NCBI GenBank assembly: GCA_025363605.1
Contig: JANYDO010000359.1
Coordinates: 1-47,593, forward strand
Reading direction: 5' to 3'
Length of the DNA stretch: 47,593 nt
Source of the DNA: Candidatus Kapaibacterium sp.
Lineage (GTDB): Bacteria; Bacteroidota; Ignavibacteria; Kapaibacteriales; UBA4661
Positions within the stretch are counted from its first letter, which is position 1; the number at the start of each line of letters is the position of its first letter. The notes beneath the pieces were generated by a model. That model did not search any database and was not told the DNA's origin. It saw nothing but the letters and a program-made list of their open reading frames with translations. Positions 38,296 through 47,292 of this stretch are shown here, piece after piece. The position numbers were made by a program, and so were the translations under genes.

Positions 38296-38549
38296 GCTGT
38301 CTGGTAGAGGGATTCCTTCTGTAATTTTGAAAGTCTGCGTAACCAGTGGTTCTTACCTCAACGCCTCGTCTTCACTTCCCGCCGTTTCCCCTGTTTTTTT
38401 TGACGCTTCGCTCTTCTTTTATTGGCTCTCAGCACCGTTCTGACGATGTTTGTACAAGGAACAAGCAACAAACACAACGCTTGAATTCAAGACCACGTAT
38501 GTTTGATTTTTTATCAACCTATTTTTCGGACATTTTTCAGGAATTTTCC

Positions 38550-39671
38550 ATGAAACCGCATTTACTGACAATCTTCTCGAAAAGCATGGTACTATGCGCT
38601 TTTGCAGCAACCGCAGTCTCGTGCAAAAAAGCGATTGAAACCGCCAAACCCGAATACCGCGCCCTTACTGAAGCCGTCTATGCGTCGGGAACAATTGCAC
38701 CGCGCGGCGAATACAAGGTCTATGCGATGGCGGACGGTGTCATTACGCGCCGCGCCGTGGACGAGGGAAGCGTTGTGAAAACAGGCGACGTGCTCTTTCG
38801 TATTGACAACGATGAACAAGCAGCCCGCATGAACGCAGCCCGCGACGTGTATCGCACGGCTGAATCGAACTACAACGCCACATCACCGGCACTCGCAGAG
38901 TCAGAATCTGCTCTGCGCTCCGCACAATCGAAGTATAGCAACGACTCGCTCCAGTTTGCCCGCGTGAGCGACCTCTTTGCCTCCAAAGCCATGACCCAAG
39001 CAGATTACGACAAAGCAAAACTCGCTTTCCAAGTCTCGCACAACGATTTCACTGCCGCGAAACAGCGCTACGAGCGCACCAAACGACAACTTTATGTGGA
39101 TATGCAAAATGCGCAAAGCCAGTTCAAAGTGAGCGCAAAGCAGGAATCCAACGCTCTTGTGAAAAGCTCCAGCGACGGCATGGTGTACGAAGCCTATAAG
39201 CAGCAAGGCGAGGCAGTACGCCGAAACGACCCGCTTGCACTCATCGGCAGTGAGCGTGATGTGTATATCAAACTCAGTGTGGATGAATTGGATATTCAGA
39301 AAATTCGCGTCGGGCAGGAAGTCTTGGTTAAAATTGATGTCTATCAAGACCGCACGTTCAAAGCCCGCGTCGAGAAAATTTACCCGATGCTGATGAAGCA
39401 AGACCAGTCATTCCGCGTGGATGCAGCATTTGTGGATGGTCTGCCCGAACGATTCGTGGGCGTAACGGCAGAAGCAAACATCATTATTAGCCGGAAAGAA
39501 CGTGCGCTTGTTATCCCGAAAGCGCTGTTACTTAATGGCGACAGCGTTCTTGTCAAAAATGCGGACGGCAACGCAGCAAAAGTAAAAATTCGCAAAGGTG
39601 CGGAAAATTACGATGTTGTCGAGATTTTGAGCGGTCTGAGCGATAGCAGTCAGCTAGTTGTGAAAAAGTAA
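38550..39671 (+). CDS. Efflux periplasmic adaptor (MFP/HlyD family) lipoprotein
   Basis: Lipobox AVSC; VYASGTI, VDEGSVVKTGDVLF, coiled coil, VDELDIQKIRVGQ. Confidence 0.9.
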   Translation: MKPHLLTIFSKSMVLCAFAATAVSCKKAIETAKPEYRALTEAVYASGTIAPRGEYKVYAMADGVITRRAVDEGSVVKTGDVLFRIDNDEQAARMNAARDVYRTAESNYNATSPALAESESALRSAQSKYSNDSLQFARVSDLFASKAMTQADYDKAKLAFQVSHNDFTAAKQRYERTKRQLYVDMQNAQSQFKVSAKQESNALVKSSSDGMVYEAYKQQGEAVRRNDPLALIGSERDVYIKLSVDELDIQKIRVGQEVLVKIDVYQDRTFKARVEKIYPMLMKQDQSFRVDAAFVDGLPERFVGVTAEANIIISRKERALVIPKALLLNGDSVLVKNADGNAAKVKIRKGAENYDVVEILSGLSDSSQLVVKK

Positions 39672-39706
39672 AAAATATCGGCGCTATACCGCCAGCATCA
39701 TTTTAC

Positions 39707-39876
39707 GGTTTTAATTGGATGTAGTTAGAAATCTCTCTTACAAATGCGGGAAACAAGACGCTGTCATACCGACGTAGGTCGGTATCTATATCGAAAGGAC
39801 ACGGCACAACACGCTTCCAATGGATGCCGACCTGCGTCGGCATGACGAGATTTTCCAACTAAAATCATTTAGAACC
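39707..39876. mobile_element. Degenerate outer inverted-repeat shell enclosing REP doublet copy 2
   Basis: GGTTTTAATTGGATGTAGTTAGAAATCTC (39707-39735) imperfectly matches the reverse complement of 39847-39876 (GGTTCTAAATGATTTTAGTTGGAAAATCTC). Confidence 0.5.
39761..39846. repeat. REP-like doublet, GTCATnCCGAC family (copy 2)
   Basis: CTGTCATACCGACGTAGGTCGGTATCTA (39761-39788) and inverted TGGATGCCGACCTGCGTCGGCATGAC (39821-39846). Confidence 0.9.
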
Positions 39877-40847
39877 AAAACGATGATATTGCACGACTTT
39901 TCGGCGGGCTGAATCGTAGCGTGGCGACGATACGCGAGATGCTTGGTCAAATCTTGTTTTCCCTGAGCGATACCGTTCAGACGGCAAGTGAAGTCAGCAC
40001 GACGGCGCACCAAATGGCAGCTGGCACGATTGAGGGCGCAACGCAAGTGCAACAATCCACGGCAGCCGTGCAGCAGATGTCCGACGTTATCGCCGACAAC
40101 ACTCGCCAGACCTCAACCGCAGCCTTTGAAGCCGCCGAAGCGCATGGTGAAGCCGAGCGCGGCGGAAGCGTGATGAAAAATATGGTCGAAAATGTGCGGA
40201 ATATCGGCGCAGTGGTGATGGAATCTTCTTCAACGGTCAGTATTCTCGGTAAACGCAGCGAGGAAATTGGCGAAATCGTTTCGACCATTGACGAAATTGC
40301 CGACCAAACGAATCTTCTCGCCCTGAACGCCGCTATTGAAGCTGCTCGTGCGGGCGATGCCGGACGCGGCTTTGCTGTTGTTGCCGATGAAGTCCGCAAG
40401 CTCGCCGAACGCACTCAAAAAGCAACAAAAGAAATCTCCGGCATGATAGCCGTGATACAGCACGAAATGGGCGATGCCGTCCGCGCTATGGCGCGCGGTA
40501 AGCAACTTGTGGACGAAAGCGGCTCGCTGATTACCGCTACGACAGGCACATTTGAAACGATTGTTCGCAAAACCGCCCACGTATCGGACATTATGTCGCA
40601 AGTGGCAAGTGCCAGCGAGGAGCAAGCTGCCACGAGTACGCAGATTGCGGGCAATATGCAGAATATAGCCGGTCTTATTAGCGAAACCAGCACAGGCACG
40701 AACCAAATTGCAGCGACTATTGAAGCCCTCGCCTCGCAAACAATGGATGTGCAGACGCTCGTAGGGCGCTTCCGCATTGATACACTCGCACAGCAATTTG
40801 CACACACTCGCACAGCATTGCCACAAAGCCCCAAACGCTTACGTTAG
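39873..40847 (+). pseudogene. 5'-truncated methyl-accepting chemotaxis protein (half HAMP plus signalling domain)
   Basis: [38 protein letters not shown] hairpin tip. Upstream of GTG 39921 the frame reads [16 protein letters not shown] (second HAMP helix) back to TAG at 39870. No sensor or TM region. Confidence 0.8.
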
Positions 40848-40908
40848 AACTGGTGCGCAGTACAAGAATTTACCATTCAACCTTCAACACTCAATATCTT
40901 CTTCCGTC

Positions 40909-42168
40909 ATGTCCTTTGCACTCATTTTCCAAATCGCCAAAACGCATCTTCTTTCCAAGAAGAAGCAAACCATTACCGCCATGCTTGGCGTTACCTTCGG
41001 TATCGGGATGTTTGTCCTGATGATTAGCGTGATGACGGGCGTGAACGACTATCTCACCGATTCCATGCTCGAATCCACCGCGCATATTCGGATGTACAAC
41101 GACCTCGAATCGTCCTCGCGTCTTTCGATTGCCGAGGAACTCTTCAACGCCGTGCAGAATATGGTAACGATTGCGCATCAAAAGCCAAAAAATATTAAGC
41201 TCAATATTCGCAATGGAATGCAAATCGTGGAGGCACTCAAAAACGACCCGAATGTCGCCGGAGTCTCACCGCAGCTGAGTTCGCAGGTTTTTTACAACTA
41301 CGGAGCGGTGCAATTAAACGGCAGTATAGCGGGTGTGAATATTTTGGACGAAGATAAACTCTTCGATGTGACGGGAAAACTAAAATCCGGCAAGCTGGAA
41401 AGCCTTTTAGCGACGAATAACGGTATCATTATGGGTGCGGGACTCGCAAAAAAACTTAATGCAAAAGTAGAAGACCGCGTACAAGTAACTACGCCCTTCG
41501 GAACAACGATGACACTCAAAATTGTGGGGACATTTGCCACAGGAAACGGCGTGATAGACAACGTAAAAAGTTATGCCAGCATTACAACAGTCCAGAAAAT
41601 CTTGCAACGCGACCCGGGCTATATCACCGCCATTAGTGTTAATCTTCATTCCATGACCGATGCCAAGCGCTTTGCACCGGAGTTTCAGGCGAAATATGGC
41701 GTGAAGTCCGAAGACTGGGAAACTGCCAATGCCGTGATTTTGCAAAGTTTTGTGATTCGCAATTTGATGACATATGTGGTCGTAACGACGCTCTTGGTTG
41801 TTGCCGGGTTCGGTATTTACAACATTATGAGCATGACCATCAACGACAAAATGAAAGATATTGCGATTCTGAAAGCAACGGGCTTTTCGGCGGGTGATAT
41901 TGTAGCGATTTTTCTTGTACAAGCTATTGTTGTTGGTGTCTTGGGGGCATCGCTGGGGCTGTGCATCGGCGGCACGCTTGCATATTTTGTGTCACAGATT
42001 CCGGTGGATTTCGGCGAATTTTCCTCCATGACGCGCTTTCCGGTAGCTTTCCATCTGATTCATTACGTTTCGGGCATCCTCTTCGGGGTTGGCGCGACGT
42101 GTCTTGCGGGCTTTTTGCCTTCGCGTAAGGCTGGGAAGATTGATCCGGTGCAGATTATTCGCGGTTGA
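40909..42168 (+). CDS. ABC transporter permease (MacB/FtsX/LolC-E type)
   Basis: N-terminal TM, periplasmic domain and three C-terminal TMs; DIAILKATGF and PSRKAGKIDPVQIIRG. Confidence 0.92.
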   Translation: MSFALIFQIAKTHLLSKKKQTITAMLGVTFGIGMFVLMISVMTGVNDYLTDSMLESTAHIRMYNDLESSSRLSIAEELFNAVQNMVTIAHQKPKNIKLNIRNGMQIVEALKNDPNVAGVSPQLSSQVFYNYGAVQLNGSIAGVNILDEDKLFDVTGKLKSGKLESLLATNNGIIMGAGLAKKLNAKVEDRVQVTTPFGTTMTLKIVGTFATGNGVIDNVKSYASITTVQKILQRDPGYITAISVNLHSMTDAKRFAPEFQAKYGVKSEDWETANAVILQSFVIRNLMTYVVVTTLLVVAGFGIYNIMSMTINDKMKDIAILKATGFSAGDIVAIFLVQAIVVGVLGASLGLCIGGTLAYFVSQIPVDFGEFSSMTRFPVAFHLIHYVSGILFGVGATCLAGFLPSRKAGKIDPVQIIRG

Positions 42169-42179
42169 AATGAGTACCA

Positions 42180-42634
42180 CTTGTCATGCCGACGCAGGTC
42201 GGCATCCATATCGCCTACGAGCGTTCATCCCAAAATCAATATAATCATTCCCATCAACCAATGAAAACCTACCACATCTACATTCTCGCTAGCGCAAAAT
42301 ACGGTACGCTGTACATTGGCTCGACGAGCAATCTTGTCAAAAGGATGTATGAACATAGCAATTCGCTTATTGAGGGTTTTACGAAAAAGTATCGTGTTCA
42401 CAACCTTGTTTGGTATGAATCCACAAACGATGCTACAACTATGGTTACAAGAGAGCGTCAGATGAAAGAGTGGAAGCGCGATTGGAAAATAAACCGTATC
42501 AATGAACATAACCCGGAATGGCAAAATTTGTATGAAAATGGCGAAATTTCGCCCTTACAGATTCCATAATCAAAGGCAGACATCGAGAAACGGATTCTTG
42601 CGATATGGATGCCGACCTACGTCGGTATGACAAG
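42180..42634. mobile_element. GIY-YIG nuclease cassette bounded by 35-bp inverted hairpin repeats
   Basis: CTTGTCATGCCGACGCAGGTCGGCATCCATATCGC (42180-42214) and GCGATATGGATGCCGACCTACGTCGGTATGACAAG (42600-42634), 33/35 identical. Sits between the ABC permease and ATPase genes. Confidence 0.8.
42261..42569 (+). CDS. Stand-alone GIY-YIG nuclease (102 aa)
   Basis: HIYILAS...TLYIGSTSNLVKRMYEH...FTKKY...LVWYE...RERQMKEWKRDWKINRINEHNPEW; catalytic Tyr, Arg and Glu appear present. Confidence 0.92.
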   Translation: MKTYHIYILASAKYGTLYIGSTSNLVKRMYEHSNSLIEGFTKKYRVHNLVWYESTNDATTMVTRERQMKEWKRDWKINRINEHNPEWQNLYENGEISPLQIP

Positions 42635-42702
42635 CGACCCTCATGTCTGGATATACCACAGCATGGCAAAAATAATCAACTATACCATTCGAGAAATATA
42701 TT

Positions 42703-43389
42703 ATGACTACTCCTGTTCTCCAAGCCCAAGGCATCGTCAAATACTTCCACGAACCGGAAACATTTGCGGTTCTCAAAAACGTCTCATTCGAGGTACAGAA
42801 AGGTGAATTTGTCTCTATTGTCGGCAAGTCCGGCTGCGGGAAATCCACACTCTTGTACGTCCTCTCCACGATGGACACTGACTTCGAGGGCGAACTAACA
42901 CTCAACGGCACAACCATTCACGGTAAATCACAAGACGAACTGGCACGGTTTCGTGGCGAACACATCGGTTTTGTCTTCCAGTTTCACTACCTTTTGCCGG
43001 AATTTACTTGCCTTCAAAACGTGATGATACCTGCGCTCAAGCTCGGTAAATACTCACGCGAAGAAATTCAAGAGCGGGCAATGGAAAAACTTCGCCTACT
43101 CGGAGTGGCCGAGCAAGCGGACAAACGCGCCAGCAAACTCTCCGGCGGGCAGCAGCAGCGCGTGGCAATCGCGAGAGCGCTTATCAACGACCCTACGATA
43201 ATCATGGGTGACGAGCCGACGGGGAATCTGGACTCAAATAACTCTAAAGTTGTGTTCGATATTTTCAGAGACTTAGCTCACACCTACGGTCAAACCTTGA
43301 TTTGCGTCACGCACGACCAAGAATTTGCCCGCGCCACCGACCGAACGATTGAGATGCAAGACGGCGAAATTATTTCGCACGGTAACTAA
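42703..43389 (+). CDS. ABC transporter ATP-binding protein (LolD/MacB-like)
   Basis: GKSGCGKST, GFVFQFHYLL, LSGGQQQRV, DEPTGNLD and VTHD. Confidence 0.95.
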   Translation: MTTPVLQAQGIVKYFHEPETFAVLKNVSFEVQKGEFVSIVGKSGCGKSTLLYVLSTMDTDFEGELTLNGTTIHGKSQDELARFRGEHIGFVFQFHYLLPEFTCLQNVMIPALKLGKYSREEIQERAMEKLRLLGVAEQADKRASKLSGGQQQRVAIARALINDPTIIMGDEPTGNLDSNNSKVVFDIFRDLAHTYGQTLICVTHDQEFARATDRTIEMQDGEIISHGN

Positions 43390-43412
43390 CACCAACGCAG
43401 AGGAGGTCAGCA

Positions 43413-44462
43413 ATGACTATCAATCGCAGAAAAGCATATCCCGTTATTTTCGTTTTTTCGACGATAGGAATTATTGTACGGGGGTTTGTGTTCCCGGAAC
43501 TTGGGCTATTGTTTCATGTGAGTACCCTTGTAGCGTCGGTGCTTTTCATGCCGATTCTATTTGAAGGAACGGTACAAATTCATAACTTCTTTGAGCGTCA
43601 ATTTCCTTATTCTATCAGGTTTTTTGCGGAAGATTACAGGGTTCTGCGCCGGATAATACTGCAAATTCTGACAGGCATGGTGCTGTATGCTTTGCTCGCA
43701 GCACTTGCATTCTGGTTATATCGAGATGTTTTACCAGCGAATTTACGTTTTCCAATGCTAACAAAAACCTTTATTGTAGCGGCAGTTATTGCGAATATCC
43801 TTGCTGTAACGGCTGTCAATCTGGGTTTATTCGGAAAAGAGTTTTTTGATAACTGGAAATCTGAAATTTTACGCAATGAACGCTTGCAGAAAGAGCGTGC
43901 TGAAGCACAATTTGAAAGCCTCAAGAACCAGCTCAATCCCCATTTCCTTTTTAATGCGCTCACCTCGCTCAATAGCCTCATTGTCGAAAATCCGCCACTT
44001 GCGGGTGAGTTTGTGCAGCAGCTTTCCAAAGTCTATCGCTACGTGTTGCAAAGCCGCGACAAGGAATTTGTTACACTCGAAACCGAACTGAAGTTTGTAG
44101 AGCATTATCTTCGCCTGCTCAAAACCCGCTTTGATACTGCCTTACAAATCGAAATCACCGTCAGCGACGAAGCCCGCGAGCGGCTTATCGTACCGGTGAC
44201 ATTGCAGACATTGCTGGAAAATGCTCTCAAGCACAATATTGTGAACACTCAAAAGCCGCTTCAAATCACAATTTCCAGCACCATGCAGAACGGTGTGTGG
44301 TATCTTGTGGTCGAAAATACTCTGCAACGGCGCACACTTGTCGAAACATCCAACAAACAAGGTCTGACAAGGCTGGCGGCATTGTATGAGCATATCAGTC
44401 CGGCGGCGATTAAGGTATGCGAGACCACGCAGAAATTTGCTGTACAACTACCTTTGCTATAA
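43413..44462 (+). CDS. LytS/YehU-type sensor histidine kinase
   Basis: Four TM segments; LKNQLNPHFLFNAL and LLENALKHN. Confidence 0.92.
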   Translation: MTINRRKAYPVIFVFSTIGIIVRGFVFPELGLLFHVSTLVASVLFMPILFEGTVQIHNFFERQFPYSIRFFAEDYRVLRRIILQILTGMVLYALLAALAFWLYRDVLPANLRFPMLTKTFIVAAVIANILAVTAVNLGLFGKEFFDNWKSEILRNERLQKERAEAQFESLKNQLNPHFLFNALTSLNSLIVENPPLAGEFVQQLSKVYRYVLQSRDKEFVTLETELKFVEHYLRLLKTRFDTALQIEITVSDEARERLIVPVTLQTLLENALKHNIVNTQKPLQITISSTMQNGVWYLVVENTLQRRTLVETSNKQGLTRLAALYEHISPAAIKVCETTQKFAVQLPLL

Positions 44463-44523
44463 TTTGCCTTTGCCATAATTTTATGCACAATCCATTATGA
44501 CTCCTGAAACACTTCTGTACACC

Positions 44524-45297
44524 ATGAAAGCCGTCATCATCGAGGACGAACCGCTTGTGGCGAAGGATTTGCGGCACTTGCTGAACCAAATAGATGCCGG
44601 AATTGAGATTTTGAGCGTACTGGACAGCCTCGAAAGTGCGGAGGCATGGTTTTGGGCGAATCCTGAGCCGGACGTACTCTTCTGCGACATTCAGCTTTCG
44701 GATGGCGTGAGTTTCGACCTTTTTAAGCGCATCGAAGTTGCTTGCCCCGTGATCTTCACGACCGCCTACGATGAATACGCCCTTCGCGCCTTCAAACTCA
44801 ATAGCCTTGATTACCTTTTGAAGCCGATTGACCGTGAAGAGTTAGAAGCTGCCTTGTCAAAATTTCAACGTTGGAAAGCGCAAAATATCACACTGGACGT
44901 GCAGTCGCAGCTTGCTGGATTGCTGCGCGACATTGTGCCACACGCGCAAGCACAAAAGCGCTTCAAAGAGCGTTTTTTAGTGCATGGCAAAGGCACGATG
45001 CTGCTTATTCCGGCGGAAGAGGTGGCATTGTTTCAAAAAGAAGAAGTGATATTCCTGACTACGCTTGACGGGAAGCGCTTTCTGACGGATTACAATACAA
45101 TAGAAGAATTAGAAGAACTCGTGAATCCGGCAGAATTTTTTCGTGCCAACAGGCAAACGCTTCTCCGCATTAGTGCTATTGCGGGTTTCCGTGCGGATTT
45201 TACGGGAAAATTGCACATCGGTCTCAAAAATATGCCACAGATTACAGTGGACATTAGCCGCGAAAAAGCCGGTGCTTTCAAGCGGTGGCTTGGCTAA
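44524..45297 (+). CDS. LytTR-family response regulator
   Basis: IIEDE, DIQLSDG, FTTAYDEYA and DYLLKP; LytTR motif FFRANRQ...DISREK. Alternative start 44497. Confidence 0.93.
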   Translation: MKAVIIEDEPLVAKDLRHLLNQIDAGIEILSVLDSLESAEAWFWANPEPDVLFCDIQLSDGVSFDLFKRIEVACPVIFTTAYDEYALRAFKLNSLDYLLKPIDREELEAALSKFQRWKAQNITLDVQSQLAGLLRDIVPHAQAQKRFKERFLVHGKGTMLLIPAEEVALFQKEEVIFLTTLDGKRFLTDYNTIEELEELVNPAEFFRANRQTLLRISAIAGFRADFTGKLHIGLKNMPQITVDISREKAGAFKRWLG

Positions 45298-45394
45298 AGT
45301 CCTTCCGGCAAGCGTGTAAAAATTCATCGTGTGCAGTTTGCCCGAAGATTGTATTTTTGTAGGCATTGTTTTTTCGCCTCCAATCTTGCACACG

Positions 45395-46372
45395 ATGAAT
45401 AGCGCACCATCTCACGCCGTCAGTATTATCATGCCCGTTTTCAACGACTGGCAGTCCTTTACCTTGCTCGTCGAAAAAATTGATGCCGCTATTTCCGCAG
45501 CGAATGAATCTCTGAGCGTGAGTATTCTTGCCGTCAATGACGGTTCAACGTCCGAACCCGCCTTGTTGCAAAGCACCTTTCATGCGCTGCCGAACGTCTC
45601 GTCTATTCGTATTATTCATCTTACTCGCAATTTTGGTCACCAACGCGCCATTGCCATTGGGCTTTGTTACGCCGCCGAACATCTTCCGCATACATCAGCA
45701 ATAGTCATGGATTCCGACGGTGAGGACAAGCCGGAAGATGTCCTGACACTCGTTCGCGCCTCCACTACCAGTCCCGGAAAAATCATCTTTGCCGAACGCT
45801 CCAAGCGCTCAGAAAGCCTTCAATTCCGCTTTTTTTACGCGCTCTACAAACGTGTCTATCACGTGCTGACGGGCGCTCCGATTTCCTTCGGTAATTTTAG
45901 TATTATCCCCCCGGCTTTGCTCAAGCGCGTTTCGTCGGTGTCGGAAGTGTGGATACACGTTGCGGCGGGGATTATGAAAGCCCGATTGCCGCTTGCAGCC
46001 GTGCCGACCGTGCGTGGTGTGCGTCTGGCGGGCGAATCCAAGATGAATTTCGTGTCGCTCCTGCTGCATGGCTTGAGCGGTATTGCTGTTCATTCTGAAG
46101 TAGCTGCGGCGAGGCTTTTGGTGGTATCGCTCATGTTTATTGTGTCCTCTATTGTCGGAATAGCCGTTGTTTTGGGTATTCGACTTTTTAGTACCATTGC
46201 CATTCCGGGCTGGGCGACAAGTTCCATCGGCAGTCTTGTAGCAATTTTTATCGAAGCACTGCTGATGTCGGTGTTGCTCGTCTTTTTGGTGCTGAATAAT
46301 CGCTCCCAACAGCCCTTCGTACCGCGTCTGCACTACAACGATTATGTGGCAGACGTGGAAAATGTGATCTAA
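45395..46372 (+). CDS. Family 2 glycosyltransferase, GtrB/ArnC-like
   Basis: IIMPVFND, VNDGS, RNFGHQRAI and MDSDGED; two C-terminal TM helices. Confidence 0.9.
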   Translation: MNSAPSHAVSIIMPVFNDWQSFTLLVEKIDAAISAANESLSVSILAVNDGSTSEPALLQSTFHALPNVSSIRIIHLTRNFGHQRAIAIGLCYAAEHLPHTSAIVMDSDGEDKPEDVLTLVRASTTSPGKIIFAERSKRSESLQFRFFYALYKRVYHVLTGAPISFGNFSIIPPALLKRVSSVSEVWIHVAAGIMKARLPLAAVPTVRGVRLAGESKMNFVSLLLHGLSGIAVHSEVAAARLLVVSLMFIVSSIVGIAVVLGIRLFSTIAIPGWATSSIGSLVAIFIEALLMSVLLVFLVLNNRSQQPFVPRLHYNDYVADVENVI

Positions 46373-46421
46373 GTCTTCCCATTCTGAAAAATTCTTACAA
46401 CCTCATTTTTTCCAAATTTCA

Positions 46422-47132
46422 ATGAATGACGCAACATACATCGGCAACGAACTTGAATTTTTTGAAAAAGCAGTCAACTGGAAACGTTACTACGCCTCAT
46501 TCCTGAAGCCGTACCTGAAAGGGTGTGTTGTGGAAGTCGGTGCGGGACTTGGCGGTACAACATCGTCCCTTTGCGACGGCTCGCAAGAAGAATGGCTGTG
46601 TCTGGAACCGGACGGAGCGCTCGCAGCACACGTCAGCGAGAAAATCGCTGCCAAGACATTGCCCGCTTGCTGCCGTGTTCATGTGGGATTTTTGAGTGAG
46701 TTGCCCAAAGACCACAAGTACGATGTGGCGATTTACATTGACGTGTTGGAACATATCGAACACGATAGCGCCCAGCTTGAAGAAGTAACGCGCTATCTCA
46801 AGCCCGGCGGACACGTGATTGTTCTCTCGCCCGCGTACCAGTGGCTCTTCAGCCCGTTTGATGCAGCCATTGGGCATTATCGGCGTTATACGCGCCCGAT
46901 GCTTTTGGCAGCCGCGCCGCCTACACTCAAGCGCGTCAAAGCGTTTTACCTTGATTCGCTTGGCTTGTGTACATCGGCAGCAAATAAACTTTTTCTGAAA
47001 CAATCGCAGCCCACGCCGGAACAAATCAAGCTCTGGGATAGCGTCATTGTGCCTGTTTCCAAAGTGACCGATGCGCTTATCGGCTATAATGCAGGGCGCT
47101 CCGTGATTGCCATTTGGCAGTATCAAGGGTAA
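46422..47132 (+). CDS. Class I SAM-dependent methyltransferase
   Basis: VEVGAGLG, DVLEHIEHD, LKPGG and GHYRRY. Confidence 0.9.
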   Translation: MNDATYIGNELEFFEKAVNWKRYYASFLKPYLKGCVVEVGAGLGGTTSSLCDGSQEEWLCLEPDGALAAHVSEKIAAKTLPACCRVHVGFLSELPKDHKYDVAIYIDVLEHIEHDSAQLEEVTRYLKPGGHVIVLSPAYQWLFSPFDAAIGHYRRYTRPMLLAAAPPTLKRVKAFYLDSLGLCTSAANKLFLKQSQPTPEQIKLWDSVIVPVSKVTDALIGYNAGRSVIAIWQYQG

Positions 47133-47144
47133 ATCTTTGACCAT

Positions 47145-47258
47145 TAGGACTTTCGCAAACAAGCTGGAGTGCGAACGGGAGTTCGCATAACTACTGCCTT
47201 CGCCTTGTCAACCGAACTTCCGTTCGGACTCCAAAAGAGTATCTTTGCGAAAGTCCTA
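47145..47258. mobile_element. MITE-like shell (perfect 15-bp IR) enclosing a GGAGTGCGAAC hairpin doublet
   Basis: TAGGACTTTCGCAAA (47145-47159) and TTTGCGAAAGTCCTA (47244-47258). Inner arms TGGAGTGCGAACGGGAGTTCG (47165-47185) and CGAACTTCCGTTCGGACTCCA (47213-47233). Confidence 0.75.
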
Positions 47259-47292
47259 GCCATGTACTTTTTTTGAACATTTTTGAATTTTC

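Noticed and set aside
42186-42260. N-terminal extension MPTQVGIH... of the GIY-YIG ORF, and the similar ORF at 42609 (MPTYVGMT...)
   Set aside because: These ATGs lie inside the hairpin repeat and are translations of it; the family-typical start is 42261.
681-47258. Possible CRISPR array from the recurring 28-35-bp palindromic repeats
   Set aside because: Copies are inverted pairs at dispersed loci, not direct repeats with regular spacers; no cas genes in the window.
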